Assembly: GCF_963921235.1 (NCBI RefSeq)
Contig: NC_086108.1
Span: forward strand, 17,298,001-17,362,000
Origin: Mobula hypostoma
Taxonomy: Eukaryota
Length of the DNA: 64,000 nucleotides
Direction of reading: 5' to 3'
Shown here piece by piece: positions 61,849 through 64,000 of this stretch. A model generated the notes under the pieces. It searched no databases and was not told where the DNA came from. It was given only the letters and a program-made list of their open reading frames with translations. Both the position numbers and the translations under genes were made by a program. The stretch's first letter is position 1, and each line of letters opens with the position of its first letter.

Positions 61849-64000
61849 TAGAAACATAGACAACCTACAGCACAATATAGGCCCTTCGACCCACAATTCT
61901 GTGCTGAATACGTACTTACTTTAGAAATGACCTAGGGTTACCCATTGCCCTCCGTTTTTCTAAGCTCCATATACCTATCCGGGGTCTTTTAAAGGGCCCT
62001 ATTGTATCCGCCTCCACCATTGTTGCCAGCAGCCCATTCCACCACTCTTTGCGTAAAAAACTTATCCCTGACATCTCCTCTGTACCTTCTTCCAAGCACC
62101 TTAAAACTGTGCCCTCTCATGCTAGCCATTTCACTTTTGAGAAAAAGCCACTGGCTGTCCACACGTTCAATGCCTCTCATCATCTTATACACCTCTATCA
62201 GGTCACCTCTCATCCTCTGCTGCTCCAGGTGAAAAGGCCAAGTTCACTCAATTTATTCTCATAAGGCATGCTCCCCAAACCAGACAACATCCTTGTAAAT
62301 CTCCTCTGCACCCTTTCTATGGTTTCCACATCCTTCCTGTAGTGAGGTGACCAGAACTGGGCACAGAACTCCAAATGGGATCTGACCAGGGCCCTATATA
62401 ACTGTAACATTACCTCTCTGCTCTTAAACTCAATCCCACGATTGACGAAGGCCAATGTACTGCATGCCTTCCTAACCAGACAGTCAACCTGCACAGCAGC
62501 TTTGAGTGTTCTATGGACTCGGACCCCAAGATCACTCTGATCCTCCACACTGCCAAGAGTCTTATCATTAATACTATATTCTACCATCATATTTGACCTA
62601 CCAAAATGAACCACCTCACACTTATCCAGGTTGAACTCCATCTGCCACTTCTCAGCCCAGTTTTGCTTCCTACCAATGTCTCGCTGTAACCTCTGAAAGC
62701 CCTCCACACTATCCACAACACCCCCAACCATTGTGTCATCAGAAAATTTACTAACCCATCCCTCCAATTCCTCATCCAGGTCATTTATAAAAATCATGAA
62801 GAACAGGTGTCCCAGAAGAGATCCCTGAGGCACACCACTGGTCACTGACCTCCATGCAGAATATGATCCATCTACAACTACTCTTTGCCTTCTGTGAACA
62901 GGCCAGTTCTGGATCCACAAAGCGAGGTCCCCTTGGATCCCATGCCTCCTTATTTTCTCAATAAGCCTGGCATGGGGTACCTTATCAAATGCCTTGCTGA
63001 AATCCATATAAACTACATTTACTGCTCGACCTTCATCAATGTGTTTTGTCACATCCTCAAAAAATTCAATCAGACTCGTAAGGCACAATCTGCCTTTGAC
63101 AAAGCCATGCTGACTGTTCTTAATCATATTATGGCTCTCAAAATGTTCGTTAAGTCCTAGCTCTCAGGATCTTTCCATCAACTTACCAACCACTGAAGTA
63201 AGGCTCACTGGTCTATAATTTCTTGGGCTATCTCTACTCCCTTTCTTGAATAAGGGAACAACATCGGCAACCCTCCAATCTTCTGGAACTTCTCTCATCC
63301 CCATTGATGATGCAAAGATCATTGCCAGAGGTTCAGCAATCTTCTCCCTCACCTCCCACATTAGCCTGTGGTACATCTCGTCCAGTCCCGGAGACTTATC
63401 CAACTTGATGCTTTCCAAAAGCTCTAGCACATCTTTCTTAATGTCAAAATGCTCAAGCTTTTCAATCCATTGGAAGTCATCCCTACAATTTCCAAGATCC
63501 TTTTCCACAGTGAATACTGAAGCAAAGTATTCATTATGTACCTCTGCTATCTCCTCCAGTTCCATACACACTTTTCCACTGTCACACTTGTTTGGTCCTA
63601 TTCTCTCACATGTTATCCTCTTGCTTTTCACATGCTTGTAGAATGCTTTGGGGTTTTCTTTAATTCTGCTCGCCAAGGCCTTCTCATGGCTCCTAATTTC
63701 ATTCTTAATCTCCTTCCTGCTAGCCATATAATCTTCTATATCTCTATCACTACTTTGTTTTTGAACTTTTTGTAGCTTTTCTTTTCTTCTTGACTATATT
63801 TTCAACAGCCTTTGTACACCACGGTTCCTGTATCCTACCATCCTTTCTTTGTCTCATTGGAACGTACCTATGCAGAACACCACGCAAATATCCCATGAAC
63901 ATTTGCCACATTTCTGCCGTACATTTCCCCTGAGAACATCCATTCCCAATTTATGCTTCCAAGTTCCTGCCTGGTAGCTTCTTATTTCCCCCTACTCCAA
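61849..64000 (-). mobile_element. Relatively young CR1 LINE ORF2 (runs off the window end)
   Basis: ORFs 63164-63727 and 62210-63127 with the full RT motif set (QHGF, DFSKAFDKV, GVPQGS, SKFSDDT); tail tagaaacataga. Confidence 0.93.

Overview
A 64-kb window of repeat-saturated vertebrate DNA. It is inferred to come from a cartilaginous fish (shark or ray), based on an HE1-like V-SINE, CR1 LINEs with (CTATGTTT)n and (TCTTATGG)n tails, and abundant Penelope-like elements. I recognise no intact host gene; most of the window is nested, decayed mobile elements. These are many CR1 LINEs, Rex/Babar-type LINEs, Penelope-like elements carrying minimal hammerhead motifs, a Tc1 transposon, a Gypsy (Mag-like) LTR element, Gmr1-like LTRs, tRNA-derived SINEs and a class I endogenous retrovirus (LTRs, 5-bp TSD, tRNA-Ser PBS, gag/RNase H/IN/env remnants). 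The top finding is in the 3' UTR of an internally deleted HERO/R2-type element (7938-9538, minus strand). It holds the hammerhead ribozyme core segments (GUC, GAAA, CUGAUGA) and three 6-bp stems, but in a non-circularly permuted, pseudoknotted strand order bridged by a kink-turn, with a competing alternative fold. The second finding is a 1.37-kb non-coding element made of inverted LTRs around a 33-nt tRNA-Pro copy abutting a polypurine tract. All calls were made by eye. Family names come from motif recognition rather than database searches, and the boundaries of degraded repeats are approximate.
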